The position numbers and the translations under genes are program-made. From a bacterium (lineage in GTDB: Bacteria; Electryoneota; JAOADG01): DNA of 64,000 bases. The first letter of the stretch is position 1. Every line of letters begins with the position of its first letter. This document shows positions 29,506 to 38,972 of this stretch, piece after piece. Where the stretch lies: positions 571 to 64,570 of the forward strand of contig JAOTSC010000002.1 of the NCBI GenBank assembly GCA_030247525.1, read 5' to 3'. Below the pieces are notes generated by a model. That model was not told the origin of the DNA. It searched no databases and worked only from the letters and a program-made list of their open reading frames with translations.

Positions 29506-30784
29506 TTCAATGACCCTTCTCTTTATCATGATAGCAGTATTCGTAGTGTTGACATTCACTGCGAAGATTCCGCGCGGCATCGCGTTATTTCTTGCCGGCG
29601 TTGTTGGTGCGCTGCTCGGCGGTTACGGCATTCCGTTCCGCGACTTGGTCGAAGGGATGTTTATCTTCTTCGATCCGTTGCTGATTGTCGCCTCGGCGCT
29701 GCTTTTCCTGCGGATGCTGGAAGAGGCAGGCGCGCTCACCGTACTCCGTACTATATTTCTTCGCCTAACACAGAAATCTCCGGCAGCATTTCTTATCGCC
29801 ATTGTCATTTTCCTGATGCTGCCCGGCGCGATGACCGGACTCTCTTCCTCCGCCGTACTGACGACCGGAGCTCTTACCGCTCCTTTATTAATGGCATTGG
29901 GATTGGAGAAACGAAAAACCGGCGCTTTGATTGCGTTGCTGGCGATCTATGGTATGATCGCTCCCCCGATCAACTTGCCGGTAATGATGCTCGCCAATGG
30001 CGTCGATATGCCATTCATCGGATTTGAGAAACCGCTACTCCTTATTACTGTTGTTCCAGCAATCGCCACCGCTTTTGGGATGGCATATCCGACACTCCGG
30101 CGGGCAGTAAAGGAGCGAGGTACGCTCCTGCTGCCGGAATTTGCCGAACCGATTACACAACGCGCCCTCTTCTCATTACTGCCGCTAATCGTTGTTGCCT
30201 TGCTACTCGTTATCATTCGCATCATCCCGGAAAAACTGCCTGATCCGGGTGTGCCCGCCCTCTTCCTGCTTGGTACTGTGCTTGCCTTACCGTTTGTGCC
30301 TGCTGGGCGGAAAGTCGCCGCAACAGTGTTGGCGTATCGCTCGACGCTACCGGTTGCCGCAATTTTGGTTGGGATTGGAACCTTTCTGCAGATTCTTGCA
30401 CTGATTGGCGCGCGAGGTGATTTGGTCGTGACAACGATTATGTTACCGAAAGCGTATCTCCCGATAGCGGCTGCGGTAGTTATGCCTCTGTTTGGCGCAC
30501 TTTCCGCATTCGGCTCGGCAACGGTGTTGGGGGTTCCGATACTGCTCGCACTGCTGGGAAAAAACGAAATCGTGGTCGGAGCCGCCCTCTCAATGTTTGC
30601 CGGATTAGGGGATATGATGCCGCCAACAGCATTAGCAGGCACTTTTGCTGCAGAAATCGTCGGTGAATCGAACTACTTGACGCTTCTGAAACCGGCATTG
30701 CCATGGTTAGTGGTAGGCATCTTATGGGCATTGGTGATTCTCTGGTTTGCCCAGCCGGTGTCGCAGTTGTTGGGAATGCAGTAA
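29495..30784 (+). CDS. Polytopic membrane permease (DctM/ion-transporter-superfamily-like)
   Basis: About 12 predicted TM helices over 429 aa with Gly/Ala/Leu-rich repeats. No DctP/DctQ partners adjacent, so family assignment is tentative. Confidence 0.45.
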   Translation: MFGSSMTLLFIMIAVFVVLTFTAKIPRGIALFLAGVVGALLGGYGIPFRDLVEGMFIFFDPLLIVASALLFLRMLEEAGALTVLRTIFLRLTQKSPAAFLIAIVIFLMLPGAMTGLSSSAVLTTGALTAPLLMALGLEKRKTGALIALLAIYGMIAPPINLPVMMLANGVDMPFIGFEKPLLLITVVPAIATAFGMAYPTLRRAVKERGTLLLPEFAEPITQRALFSLLPLIVVALLLVIIRIIPEKLPDPGVPALFLLGTVLALPFVPAGRKVAATVLAYRSTLPVAAILVGIGTFLQILALIGARGDLVVTTIMLPKAYLPIAAAVVMPLFGALSAFGSATVLGVPILLALLGKNEIVVGAALSMFAGLGDMMPPTALAGTFAAEIVGESNYLTLLKPALPWLVVGILWALVILWFAQPVSQLLGMQ

Positions 30785-30798
30785 GTGGATAGCAAATA

Positions 30799-31824
30799 GT
30801 GTCGCATACTCATACGGTAACCCGTTGGAAACACGATCACACCTTTGGTCAGGATGTCCGAAAATCGGGTGAACTGAAGACACGAATCGTCATTGTTATC
30901 ACCGCGATTACGATGGTGGTTGAGATATTCGCCGGGGTGTATTTCGGATCGATGGCGCTGCTTGCCGACGGTCTCCACATGGGCTCCCATGCGTTGGCAT
31001 TGGGGATTGCCGCCTTCGCCTATTACTTCACCCGCAAGTATGCCAACGACCGCAGTTTTAACTTTGGCACCGGCAAAGTCAATTCATTGGCGGCATTTGC
31101 CAGTGCGATTTTACTGGTTGTTGTCGGTCTCGCGATGGCGTGGTAAAGCGTCGCTCGATTACTTAAACCGATAGATATCGAATTCGATCAAGCAATCATT
31201 GTCGCAATCATTGGGTTGATTGTCAATGGAATTTGTCTATTGATCCTTGGAGCGAAACATCACGACCATGACGTATCGACTTCCCACGATCATCATCACC
31301 ATCATGACCATGAACATGAGCATCCGCACTCCCACGATCATCATCACGACGACCACGACCATGAACACCAACCCGATACTAACGAGTTAAAACACGACCA
31401 CAATTTGCTCGCGGCGTATCTCCATGTGCTAACTGATGCCTTGACTTCGGTCTTGGCGATTGTTGCCTTGCTTGCCGGGAAGTATTTCGGGTGGGTGTGG
31501 CTCGATGCCGCGATTGGATTGCTGGGAGCGGTACTCGTCGCTAAATGGTCAATCGGATTACTCTTTTCTTCGGCGAATGTACTACTCGACAAACAGGCGC
31601 CGGCGGAAATGCACGAGCAAATTCGGTCCGCCATTGAAATCGGTGAGCAGAAAGTAACCGATCAACATATCTGGTCGGTTGGACCGAATATCTATGCCGC
31701 CGAGATTTCGATTGTCACCTCCGACCCCCGCGAACCGGAATACTACCGAGGACTATTGCCACAACATTTACGGTTGGTTCACGTTACGATTCAGACTCAT
31801 CACTGTAAAGACCAATCGTGTTGA
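30799..31824 (+). pseudogene. Cation diffusion facilitator (CzcD/ZitB-like) metal efflux gene interrupted by an in-frame TAA (31144..31146)
   Basis: ORFs 30799..31146 and 31216..31824 share one frame and together form a complete CDF: TM1-4 (..ALLADGLHMGSHALALGIAAF..), His-rich loop (HHDHDVSTSHDHHHHHDHEHEHPHSHDHHHDDHDHEH), TM5-6 (LAAYLHVLTDALTSVLAIVALLAG) and C-terminal domain. The single TAA falls where CDFs have a conserved Glu (..MAW[*]SVARLLKP.., expected ..AWESVERLL..), consistent with a GAA-to-TAA change. Confidence 0.65.
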
Positions 31825-32723
31825 CAGTCGCAATCACCGGCGCCAGTGGCTTCGTTGGTTCCGCATTACTCCGGCACCTGTCCAATTCCGGTTACCGGGT
31901 GATTCCGGTTTTGCGCAAGAAACCGATTGCGACTTCGCAAGCGATCCAATGGAACCCCTACGATATCGCTGGCACCAATCCCCAACAATGGGAGTATCTC
32001 GATGGGGTGATTCATCTCACCGGGGAAAGTATCGCTGGCGGCCGCTGGACACCTGAACGGAAACAACGGATTCTCGATAGCCGGATTCGCAGCACGGCGA
32101 CCTTGCAGAAAATTCTTGCCCGACTGCAGCATCCACCGAAAAGCGTGATTTGTGCATCGGCTACCGGGTTCTATGGTAATCGGGGGAGCGACTGGGTCGA
32201 TGAATCATCCGAGCGGGGAGTAGGGTTTCTTGCCGATGTCTGCGATGCGTGGGAACGGGAAGCCCGAACGATTGAAGCGTTGGGCATCCGCGTTGTTCAG
32301 TTGCGATTAGGGATGGTGTTGTCGATCGAGGGCGGCGCACTTGCGAAGATGTTGACGCCGTTTCGGTTTGGTCTAGGTGGGAAATTCGGCAACGGACAAC
32401 AATATATGAGTTGGATAACGCTCGAAGATTTGGTTGCCGCGTTTTCGTTTCTTCTGCGTACCGAATCGATTCACGGAGCGGTGAATGCGGTAGCTCCTCA
32501 GCCGGTCACCAACACCGTCTTCACGAAAACGCTGGCAAGTGTTTTGCACCGCCCGGCATTTGCTACCGTTCCAGCAGTAGTTCTTAAAACAATCCTCGGA
32601 GAAATGGCGCAGGAGCTATTGCTCGACGGTGTTCGGGTCAAACCCCAAGTACTTCTTGATCACGACTTTCCATTTCGCGATCCCGATCTCCGCACCGCGC
32701 TGCAGCATCTACTCAGTCGTTAA
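31818..32723 (+). CDS. TIGR01777/YfcH-family NAD-dependent epimerase-like protein (SDR fold with DUF1731 C-terminus)
   Basis: N-terminal MLTVAITGASGFVGSALLRHL Rossmann motif. ~300 aa with the characteristic C-terminal region. Confidence 0.7.
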   Translation: MLTVAITGASGFVGSALLRHLSNSGYRVIPVLRKKPIATSQAIQWNPYDIAGTNPQQWEYLDGVIHLTGESIAGGRWTPERKQRILDSRIRSTATLQKILARLQHPPKSVICASATGFYGNRGSDWVDESSERGVGFLADVCDAWEREARTIEALGIRVVQLRLGMVLSIEGGALAKMLTPFRFGLGGKFGNGQQYMSWITLEDLVAAFSFLLRTESIHGAVNAVAPQPVTNTVFTKTLASVLHRPAFATVPAVVLKTILGEMAQELLLDGVRVKPQVLLDHDFPFRDPDLRTALQHLLSR

Positions 32724-32740
32724 TTCTGTCCTCAGTTCGC

Positions 32741-33652
32741 TCACAGTCCCACCATCTGAAATGAAAAGAGGGAATCGCTCCCTTGCGCGAACCGGTATTT
32801 TCCACGATAGGTTCCGGTAACGACGTCAAAGTTGGTGAAGAAATAGGAACAGAACAGCTCGCCGCCGACCCGCAAATATCCGATGGAATCGTTGGCAGTT
32901 GCGCTGCCAGATACGCTCCACTGTCCCTCGAAATTGTAAGTAGTACTTTCCCCGGTAGTGGAGTCGCGGGATAACTCACTGGTACCGATTGCCGAATAGT
33001 CGCCACGCGGTGAGGAATAGTTAGAGCCGGTTTTCCGGTTATCGAGAAAGCTCCAGGTCAATGGAGCGCCATAGGTTATCGTCCGCGCCGGAAATCCGAG
33101 AACACTAACCTGCAATTGATACTGTACATTCATCGAACCGTTGTGGTACATTCCGCTCCGGACATTATTCAACACCGTTGCCACGGTGGTAGTCGTTACA
33201 TCGAATGTATCGGTATAGCTGAGCCGCAGTTCTTGATCGATTACATCGGGTACACCGCCCGGCAACCGGAAAGGATTGGGAGTGTACTTCCAACGTACTG
33301 CAATCGACCCACCGTATAAGGTATCGCTGGTGCGGGTGTACCAGCCATCGGTATAAACAAACCCAACTGTATCGTTTAAGGTATAGTTATCGAGCTGGTA
33401 CGCAGTTCGCCGTGCCGCAAGGAGTCCGGTATTCAACATCGCAAGAAAGCCGGGCGACGTATCGGTATCGGGGAGTGCGGTGTTAAGTCCGGCAATCTCA
33501 TGCCATCTCGACAGTGGCTGATTCGTAAAGATTTCCGTTGCGGTTGGTCCGGCATTTGGATTCGGAGTGATTGGCGTCGATTCGTCGCAACCCGAAACCA
33601 GAATGGTAGCCAACACCGCCACAGCAATTAACTGGGAAAAGTTACTCTGCAT
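32741..33652 (-). CDS. Hypothetical lipoprotein
   Basis: Lipobox (ILVSGC). T/S/N-rich beta-type secreted protein with no identifiable domain. Confidence 0.4.
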   Translation of the reverse strand: MQSNFSQLIAVAVLATILVSGCDESTPITPNPNAGPTATEIFTNQPLSRWHEIAGLNTALPDTDTSPGFLAMLNTGLLAARRTAYQLDNYTLNDTVGFVYTDGWYTRTSDTLYGGSIAVRWKYTPNPFRLPGGVPDVIDQELRLSYTDTFDVTTTTVATVLNNVRSGMYHNGSMNVQYQLQVSVLGFPARTITYGAPLTWSFLDNRKTGSNYSSPRGDYSAIGTSELSRDSTTGESTTYNFEGQWSVSGSATANDSIGYLRVGGELFCSYFFTNFDVVTGTYRGKYRFAQGSDSLFSFQMVGL

Positions 33653-33961
33653 ACGAAACCTCTCATTCCAGTACTAAGGCAATTCTCATCCTTAACTACT
33701 TGAAAATCCTTGCCGAAATCTGTCGTTTTCGTGCATTTTGTTTGTCATGATATTAACGTCGAATAAACAAAATGCTCCTCACCGAGATTTCAACGAGAAA
33801 GGCAACAACAAGCTGCCAATTACCTCGCGCTTTAGCAATATACTGTCGTAAAATTGAAAATTCTCTTGGATTGGTTTGCATAGCTTCTTACCTTTCGACA
33901 TTAGGTGAATTTTTTCTTTCACCACGGGAAACTTTGCATTGTCTATTGGAAAGGAGACGGA

Positions 33962-36028
33962 ATGAAAATTCGCGCTTTGATAATGTCCGCAGTCGCCTTG
34001 GTGCTCATGCTGAATGTGAGTGCTGAAGCGTATCCGCGAAGCGCTGTGATGATCGAAGATTACACCAGCACGACTTGAGGCCCCTGTGCGTCGGCCCATA
34101 ACTGGCTCGACCCGCTCCTCACGTCGTGGGGAACGAACGCTCAATATGTTGGTTACCACATGAATTGGCCGTCTCCCGGAAACGATCCGTGGTACGCTGC
34201 CAATCCGACCCAGAGTCTCGAACGAAGAAACTACTATGCAGTGAATGCTACGCCTACGTTTAAAGTGGACGGAGCTACTGCATCGATTTCTTCCAGTTCT
34301 ATTTCGAATTTGTACAATCAACGACGCGCCGTCAATTCACCGGTATGGTTTGATCTGAGCGCTCGGATGACCACTGGTGATTCGCTGGTGTTAACAGTCC
34401 GCGCGGTTGCCGAATCTCCGATTAGCGGCAACTATCGTCTCAAGACTTACTTACTGGAAGTCCATGAGCAATGGAGCCCCGCCGCACCCAATGGTCAAAC
34501 CAGTTTTGATTATCCGTTTGTGATGGCAGCTCCCTCGGTCGCAGGTGTTCCCTTTACTCATAGCGGTAGCACCTCCGATACGTTAATCTTCGAGTCGCGT
34601 TTTCCACCTCGCACGACCGGTCAACAACCCTACACCGTCGATAATTGCGGATTCATCGTTTATCTCCAGAACGAAACAGCAGTCGGTACAACCAAGGAAA
34701 TCGTGCAGGCGAAGTTCCTCCGGATGCCGTTAGACTTCCCAAGCTTATCGATTGCAACAACTGCTGCAGTTGATTTAAACGGGAATTTGGACGGTCGTAT
34801 CGACGATGGAGAAAATGGTAGAATCACTGCTTCTATTACGAATGGTACCTATTTCGCTCCGGCGGCGAATGCGCGTGCAATTCTTCGCACAACGGTACCC
34901 GGGATAATCATTACCGATAGCACGTCTACTTTTGGTTTGGTGAATCCGGGTGCAACGATTTCCAATGATGCCGATCCGTTCCAAATAGCTGTTACGGCTG
35001 GAACACCGGTACAATGGGCGACCTTTACATTGGTGATGTTAGCTGATGGCGATTATGTCAATTCATCTACTTTCCGGGTACGAATCGGTAGACCGGATTT
35101 GCTCCTGGTGCAAGCGGACTCTTCTTTTGACTTCAGTTCGCAATACACCACTGCATTGACCAGTTCGCTGATCGACTACGACCTCTGGGATAAAGATGTA
35201 AGCCCACTTGACGAAGTGGAAATGAATCGTTATCCCAATGTCATTTGGTTCACCGGTATGCGTTCGACAAACGTTCTCACGGTTGTCGACCGGACGATGA
35301 TAGGCGATTACATCGATGATGGCAAAAACTTCATGCTTTCGAGCCAGAATGCCTTGGAGTATCTGATGTCGGTCGATTCGGTGTGGGCACAAACCTATCT
35401 CAAGGCGAACCTTGTGATGAGCCGTTTGACGAATTACACTATGAACGGCATTGTGGGCGATCCCTTCTTCGGGAATCTGACGGTACGTACGGCAGGTGCC
35501 GGCGGTGCCGGTAACTGCGACAATGCGACGGTAATGACGCCCCGCGCTGGAGCGACTGGTATCTTAATGTACAATGGCCGTGCCGACTTCGCCGGTGTGT
35601 ACTACTACACCCCGAGTACCAGCGGTCATGTTCTTTTCCTCGGAATTCCTTTCGAAGCGATTAGTGGAGCCCAAAGCACAATGACCCGCGAATTGTTTAT
35701 CCAACGCGCGATGTTGTTCTTGAACTCGACCAACGACGCACCGGAATCTCCGACGGAACTTCCGACTTCTGTTCGCCTCTCGGAAGCATATCCCAATCCG
35801 TTCAACCCGACGTCTACGGTGAAGCTCTCATTACCGCGAACATCGGTTGTGAATGCTGTCGTTTATGACCTAGCCGGACGAGAAACAAAATCGATTACTC
35901 GCGCTCCGTTCGCGGCTGGCGAGCATACGATTGCAGTCGATCTCAACAACCAACCAAGTGGGATTTACTTCTTGCATGTGGAAGTAAACGGCGTAACGAA
36001 TATTCGAAAACTCGTGTTAATGAAGTAA
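33962..36028 (+). CDS. Candidate selenoprotein: secreted thioredoxin-fold domain (UGA-encoded Sec in T-U-G-P-C motif) fused to a large T9SS-sorted body
   Basis: ATG 33962 encodes a canonical Sec signal peptide (MKIRALIMSAVALVLMLNVSAEA). It is in frame with ORF 34160..36028, separated by one TGA (34076..34078). Read-through gives ..AVMIEDYTSTT-U-GPCASAHNWLDPLL...VGYHMNW...YYAVNATPTFKVDG, which aligns with a thioredoxin fold (beta1 -> CGPC -> helix; cis-Pro loop IPTLLLFKNG). Candidate hairpin 34086..34115 lies 8-37 nt after the TGA. C-terminus YPNPFNPTSTVKLSL...VYDLAGRE is a T9SS CTD, and the 34160 ORF alone has no signal peptide. Confidence 0.5.
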
Positions 36029-36048
36029 GAGTTTTCTTATCAGCCGAG

Positions 36049-36087
36049 AGCGAGGCGTCCTTCGAGAGGACGCCTCGCTTTTTTTCT
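36049..36087 (+). terminator. Rho-independent terminator
   Basis: Perfect 12-bp stem AGCGAGGCGTCC-ttcgaga-GGACGCCTCGCT followed by TTTTTTTT. Confidence 0.65.
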
Positions 36088-36604
36088 CTCCGGTCTAATC
36101 GATCCTTGCTCGGTCGCAACGATGAGGAGTGAAGATAAATCATCACATCTTCGGAAGTGCTTTGATGAAGCGGCTTTGCTGTCTCATCCCCGTGATTGAA
36201 CATCAGATTTACTCGTTTCTAACAGTCAGTAATTTTGCGTTTGAGGTTAAAAAGCAAAGATATTTCTCTTCGCTACGTGGAGAATTTTGACGAAAAATTT
36301 CTCATTGCCTCTTGCATTCGCGCGTAAGATGAAGTATCGTTAGGAAGTGTTGAGGATGCGTCCACATTTTCACTTTGAAGAAGAGGATTTGCATCGAACC
36401 GGAACCGGGAAATTCGCTTTCACGCTTCCGAAAACACAACCGAATCATTGTACGCGAAACCTTCCCCAGTTCGTCGACAATGCTTCGGAGCAGGGCACCA
36501 CGATCGGAAGAGGAGAGCCGGTCACGGTGATTAGCTAAAGGGGACGAGGCACCACACGGTGCGTCGCTAGTTACTGAACTGACAAACCTCGTAGGGAGTG
36601 AACG

Positions 36605-37066
36605 ATGGCAGAAATGGCAAAGAAGCCGGCAGTCAAGAAGCCCGCAGTTAAAAAACCTGCAGCGAAAAAAGCCGCGCCGAAGAAAGCCGTAGCAAAGAAG
36701 GCTGTTGCACCGAAGAAGGCAGCACCCAAGAAAGCTGCACCGAAAAAAGCCGTAGCACCGAAGAAGGCTGCGCCGAAGAAAGCTGCACCGAAGAAGGCAG
36801 CACCGAAAAAAGTAGCACCGAAGAAGGCAGCACCGAAAAAAGCGGTAGCACCGAAGAAAGCTGCACCGAAAAAAGCTGCACCGAAAAAAGTAGCACCGAA
36901 GAAGGCAGCACCGAAGAAAGCAGCACCGAAGAAGGCAGCCGCTCCGAAGAAGGCAGTTGCTCCGAAGAAAGCAGCGCCGAAAAAAGTAGCACCAAAGAAA
37001 GCTGCACCGAAGAAGGTTGCACCGAAGAAGGAAGAAGTTCCGCCTGCACCACCGCCGGTGATGTAA
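36605..37066 (+). CDS. Histone H1-like / AKKAAP-repeat nucleoid-associated protein
   Basis: 153-aa protein made almost entirely of (A/V)(A)PKK(A) repeats, as in Hc1/Hc2, BpH1 and AlgP H1-like proteins. RBS GGAGTGAA upstream. Terminator immediately downstream. Confidence 0.7.
   Translation: MAEMAKKPAVKKPAVKKPAAKKAAPKKAVAKKAVAPKKAAPKKAAPKKAVAPKKAAPKKAAPKKAAPKKVAPKKAAPKKAVAPKKAAPKKAAPKKVAPKKAAPKKAAPKKAAAPKKAVAPKKAAPKKVAPKKAAPKKVAPKKEEVPPAPPPVM
36620..37030 (+). repeat. DNA tandem repeat (units of about 15/30 nt: GCACCGAAGAAGGCAGCACCGAAAAAA...) encoding the AKKAAP repeats
   Basis: About 27 near-identical in-frame repeat units are visible directly in the sequence. Confidence 0.7.
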
Positions 37067-37088
37067 TTCGGTCGCTTCTAATTGATTG

Positions 37089-37128
37089 AACAACCCCTGT
37101 CGCTTCCGATGGGGGTTGTTTTTATTTT
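37089..37128 (+). terminator. Rho-independent terminator of the H1-like gene
   Basis: CAACCCC-tgtcgcttccgatg-GGGGTTG followed by TTTTTATTTT. Confidence 0.55.
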
Positions 37129-37171
37129 ACTTCGTGGTGTAGATTGCAGAATTGAGTTTGTGGGGATTCTT

Positions 37172-37945
37172 GTGAGTGGTTGGATTGATACGCATTGTCA
37201 CATAACCGACGCCGCATTTACAGCGGATCGTCTGCTTGCGCTCAATCGGTGCAGGGAGCAGGACGTCGCCCGCGTTGTTACCTTGGGAATTGATATCGCT
37301 ACGAGTTTCCTTGCCCGTAACCTCGCCCGGTTACACCCATCGGTTTACTTCTGCGCCGGGGTGCATCCCCATGATGTTGATCGCGAAAATGCCGAGGATC
37401 GCAAACAAGAACTGATGAGATTATGGAGTGACCCTAAGTGTGTCGCTATCGGGGAAATCGGGATGGACAACTTCCGAGATTACTCTTCTCCAATTGCACA
37501 GGAACGAAGTTTCCGCTGGCAGCTTCGCATGGCAACGGAAATCGGGAAACCGGTTGTTATCCATAATCGTTCTGCCGGTATGGAAATACTACGTATACTG
37601 GAGGAGGAAAATTTCACGAATGGTGGTATTTTTCACTGTTTCTCCGAAGACGCCGAGTATGCCGGGAAAGTTATTGCACTTGGTTTTTATGTTAGCTTTG
37701 CCGGGAATGTAACCTATGAGAATTCGCCTTTGCTTGCCGTAGCCAAAGCGATTCCGACGGAACGTATTTTAATCGAGACCGATTCACCTTGGCTGGTTCC
37801 GAAACCGTTTCCGAAACGCGACCGTAACGAGCCGTCCTATGTTGCCCATACCGGACTCTTTTTAGCAAATGCACTGGGAATCGAACCCGCTGTTTTACAA
37901 CAGCAGTTGTTTGAAAACACGATAACCTGTTTTCGGATGAAGTAG
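37172..37945 (+). CDS. TatD-family metal-dependent hydrolase (DNase)
   Basis: WIDTHCHI, AIGEIGMD, VVIHNRSA, GIFHCFSE and ETDSPWL motifs. GTG 37172 is proposed as the start; the ORF itself opens at 37082. Confidence 0.75.
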   Translation: MSGWIDTHCHITDAAFTADRLLALNRCREQDVARVVTLGIDIATSFLARNLARLHPSVYFCAGVHPHDVDRENAEDRKQELMRLWSDPKCVAIGEIGMDNFRDYSSPIAQERSFRWQLRMATEIGKPVVIHNRSAGMEILRILEEENFTNGGIFHCFSEDAEYAGKVIALGFYVSFAGNVTYENSPLLAVAKAIPTERILIETDSPWLVPKPFPKRDRNEPSYVAHTGLFLANALGIEPAVLQQQLFENTITCFRMK

Positions 37946-37984
37946 TTCTTCGATAAAACAATCAATCCTATTTCGGATCTTACC

Positions 37985-38878
37985 ATGAAACTTATCGCAT
38001 TCTCGCTCGACGGACACCAACGTCGGATCGGCATTCTCCACGATAATCTCGTTTACGATTTGCGCGATCTGTTTGTCGCATTGGCAAAGCAGCGCGATTG
38101 GCCGGTATTGCCGGTTTTCGATTTCGCCGATTTCTTTGACGCACCCACCTATGCAAACTTCGACACGTTGCAGGCTGCTTATGAGTTGTCGCAATCGCAA
38201 GGGGTTACCACCTATGAGCTTGACCGGGTAAAGCTATTGGCGCCATTTGCAAAAGGGGCAAAGATGATTGCGATTGGCCGCAACTATGGCGCTCATGCCC
38301 GCGAACTTGGCAACGAACTGCCGACCGAACCGATGTACTTTGCGAAATTAGCAAGCTGCGTAATCGCGCCGGGTGAACCGATTGTTTTGCCACCGGAATC
38401 GAATCGGGTCGATCATGAAGGTGAACTTGCCGTTGTTCTTGGAAAGCGATTGTCGAAGCCGAAATTACTCGATGAGGCATTGGCGGCGGTCTTTGGATAT
38501 ACTTGCGCCAACGATGTCACTGCCCGCGATATCCAGAAAGCGGCAGCGGCAAAGGGACAGCCGTGGACCCGCGGCAAGAATTACGATACGTTCTGTCCCA
38601 TCGGCCCCTGCATTGTTACTGCCGACTCCTATGATGCGTCGGCGGTGGATGTCCGTTGTCGAGTCAATGGTGAGATCAAGCAAGATGGTAATACCCGTGA
38701 CTTTATCTTTTCGGTAGGTACATTGTTACATTACGTATCACAACATATCACCTTGGAACCGGGTGACGTTTTGTTAACGGGAACCCCCGAAGGAGTATCG
38801 CCGTTATCGAATGGGGATATTGTGGAAGTGTCGATCAATGGAATCGGCTCGCTCACCAATCCTGTGAAAGCGTTGTAG
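37985..38878 (+). CDS. Fumarylacetoacetate hydrolase (FAH)-family protein
   Basis: HEGELAVVLGK, GYTCANDVTARD and KNYDTFCPIGP motifs of the FAH / 2-keto-4-pentenoate hydratase family. Confidence 0.8.
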   Translation: MKLIAFSLDGHQRRIGILHDNLVYDLRDLFVALAKQRDWPVLPVFDFADFFDAPTYANFDTLQAAYELSQSQGVTTYELDRVKLLAPFAKGAKMIAIGRNYGAHARELGNELPTEPMYFAKLASCVIAPGEPIVLPPESNRVDHEGELAVVLGKRLSKPKLLDEALAAVFGYTCANDVTARDIQKAAAAKGQPWTRGKNYDTFCPIGPCIVTADSYDASAVDVRCRVNGEIKQDGNTRDFIFSVGTLLHYVSQHITLEPGDVLLTGTPEGVSPLSNGDIVEVSINGIGSLTNPVKAL

Positions 38879-38879
38879 C

Positions 38880-38930
38880 GGCGTATGGCATACGCCAAGT
38901 TAAGAGGGCGGACAGGGCGTCCGCCCCTAC
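38880..38930. repeat. REP-like extragenic palindromes (GTAG + GGCGTATGgCATACGCC, then GGGCGGAC-agggc-GTCCGCCC followed by CTAC)
   Basis: The same 17-nt palindrome GGCGTATGGCATACGCC recurs at 59882..59898. GC-stem + CCCCTAC units also occur at 55576..55599, 55699..55721, 59951..59973 and 60141..60165. Confidence 0.45.
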
Positions 38931-38972
38931 TGTATGACAATTCGATAACCATCAATCAAAGAAATCTAACCA

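Noticed and set aside
29947-30642. 231-aa minus-strand ORF (Ala/Gly/Ser/Thr-rich) inside the permease gene
   Set aside because: It is fully embedded antisense in a well-supported 12-TM transporter gene. Its low-complexity composition is typical of shadow ORFs in GC-biased membrane genes.
34076-34078. TGA read as Gly/Trp under an alternative genetic code (code 25 or 4)
   Set aside because: TGA terminates many well-supported genes in this window (e.g. 7089..8159, 8156..9949 with ATGA coupling), so the organism uses TGA as a stop. Selenocysteine or a pseudogene are the viable readings.
34160-36028. Treating ATG 34160 as the true start of the T9SS protein
   Set aside because: That start gives no signal peptide, although a T9SS C-terminal domain requires Sec export. 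The upstream in-frame signal peptide plus the thioredoxin motif spanning the TGA argue for one gene.
36302-37093. 263-aa minus-strand ORF rich in Cys/Arg/Phe/Leu
   Set aside because: It is the antisense reading of the AKKAAP tandem repeat. The sense strand has an RBS, a coherent H1-like product and a downstream terminator.

The same reasoning applies to 36648..37052 (-).
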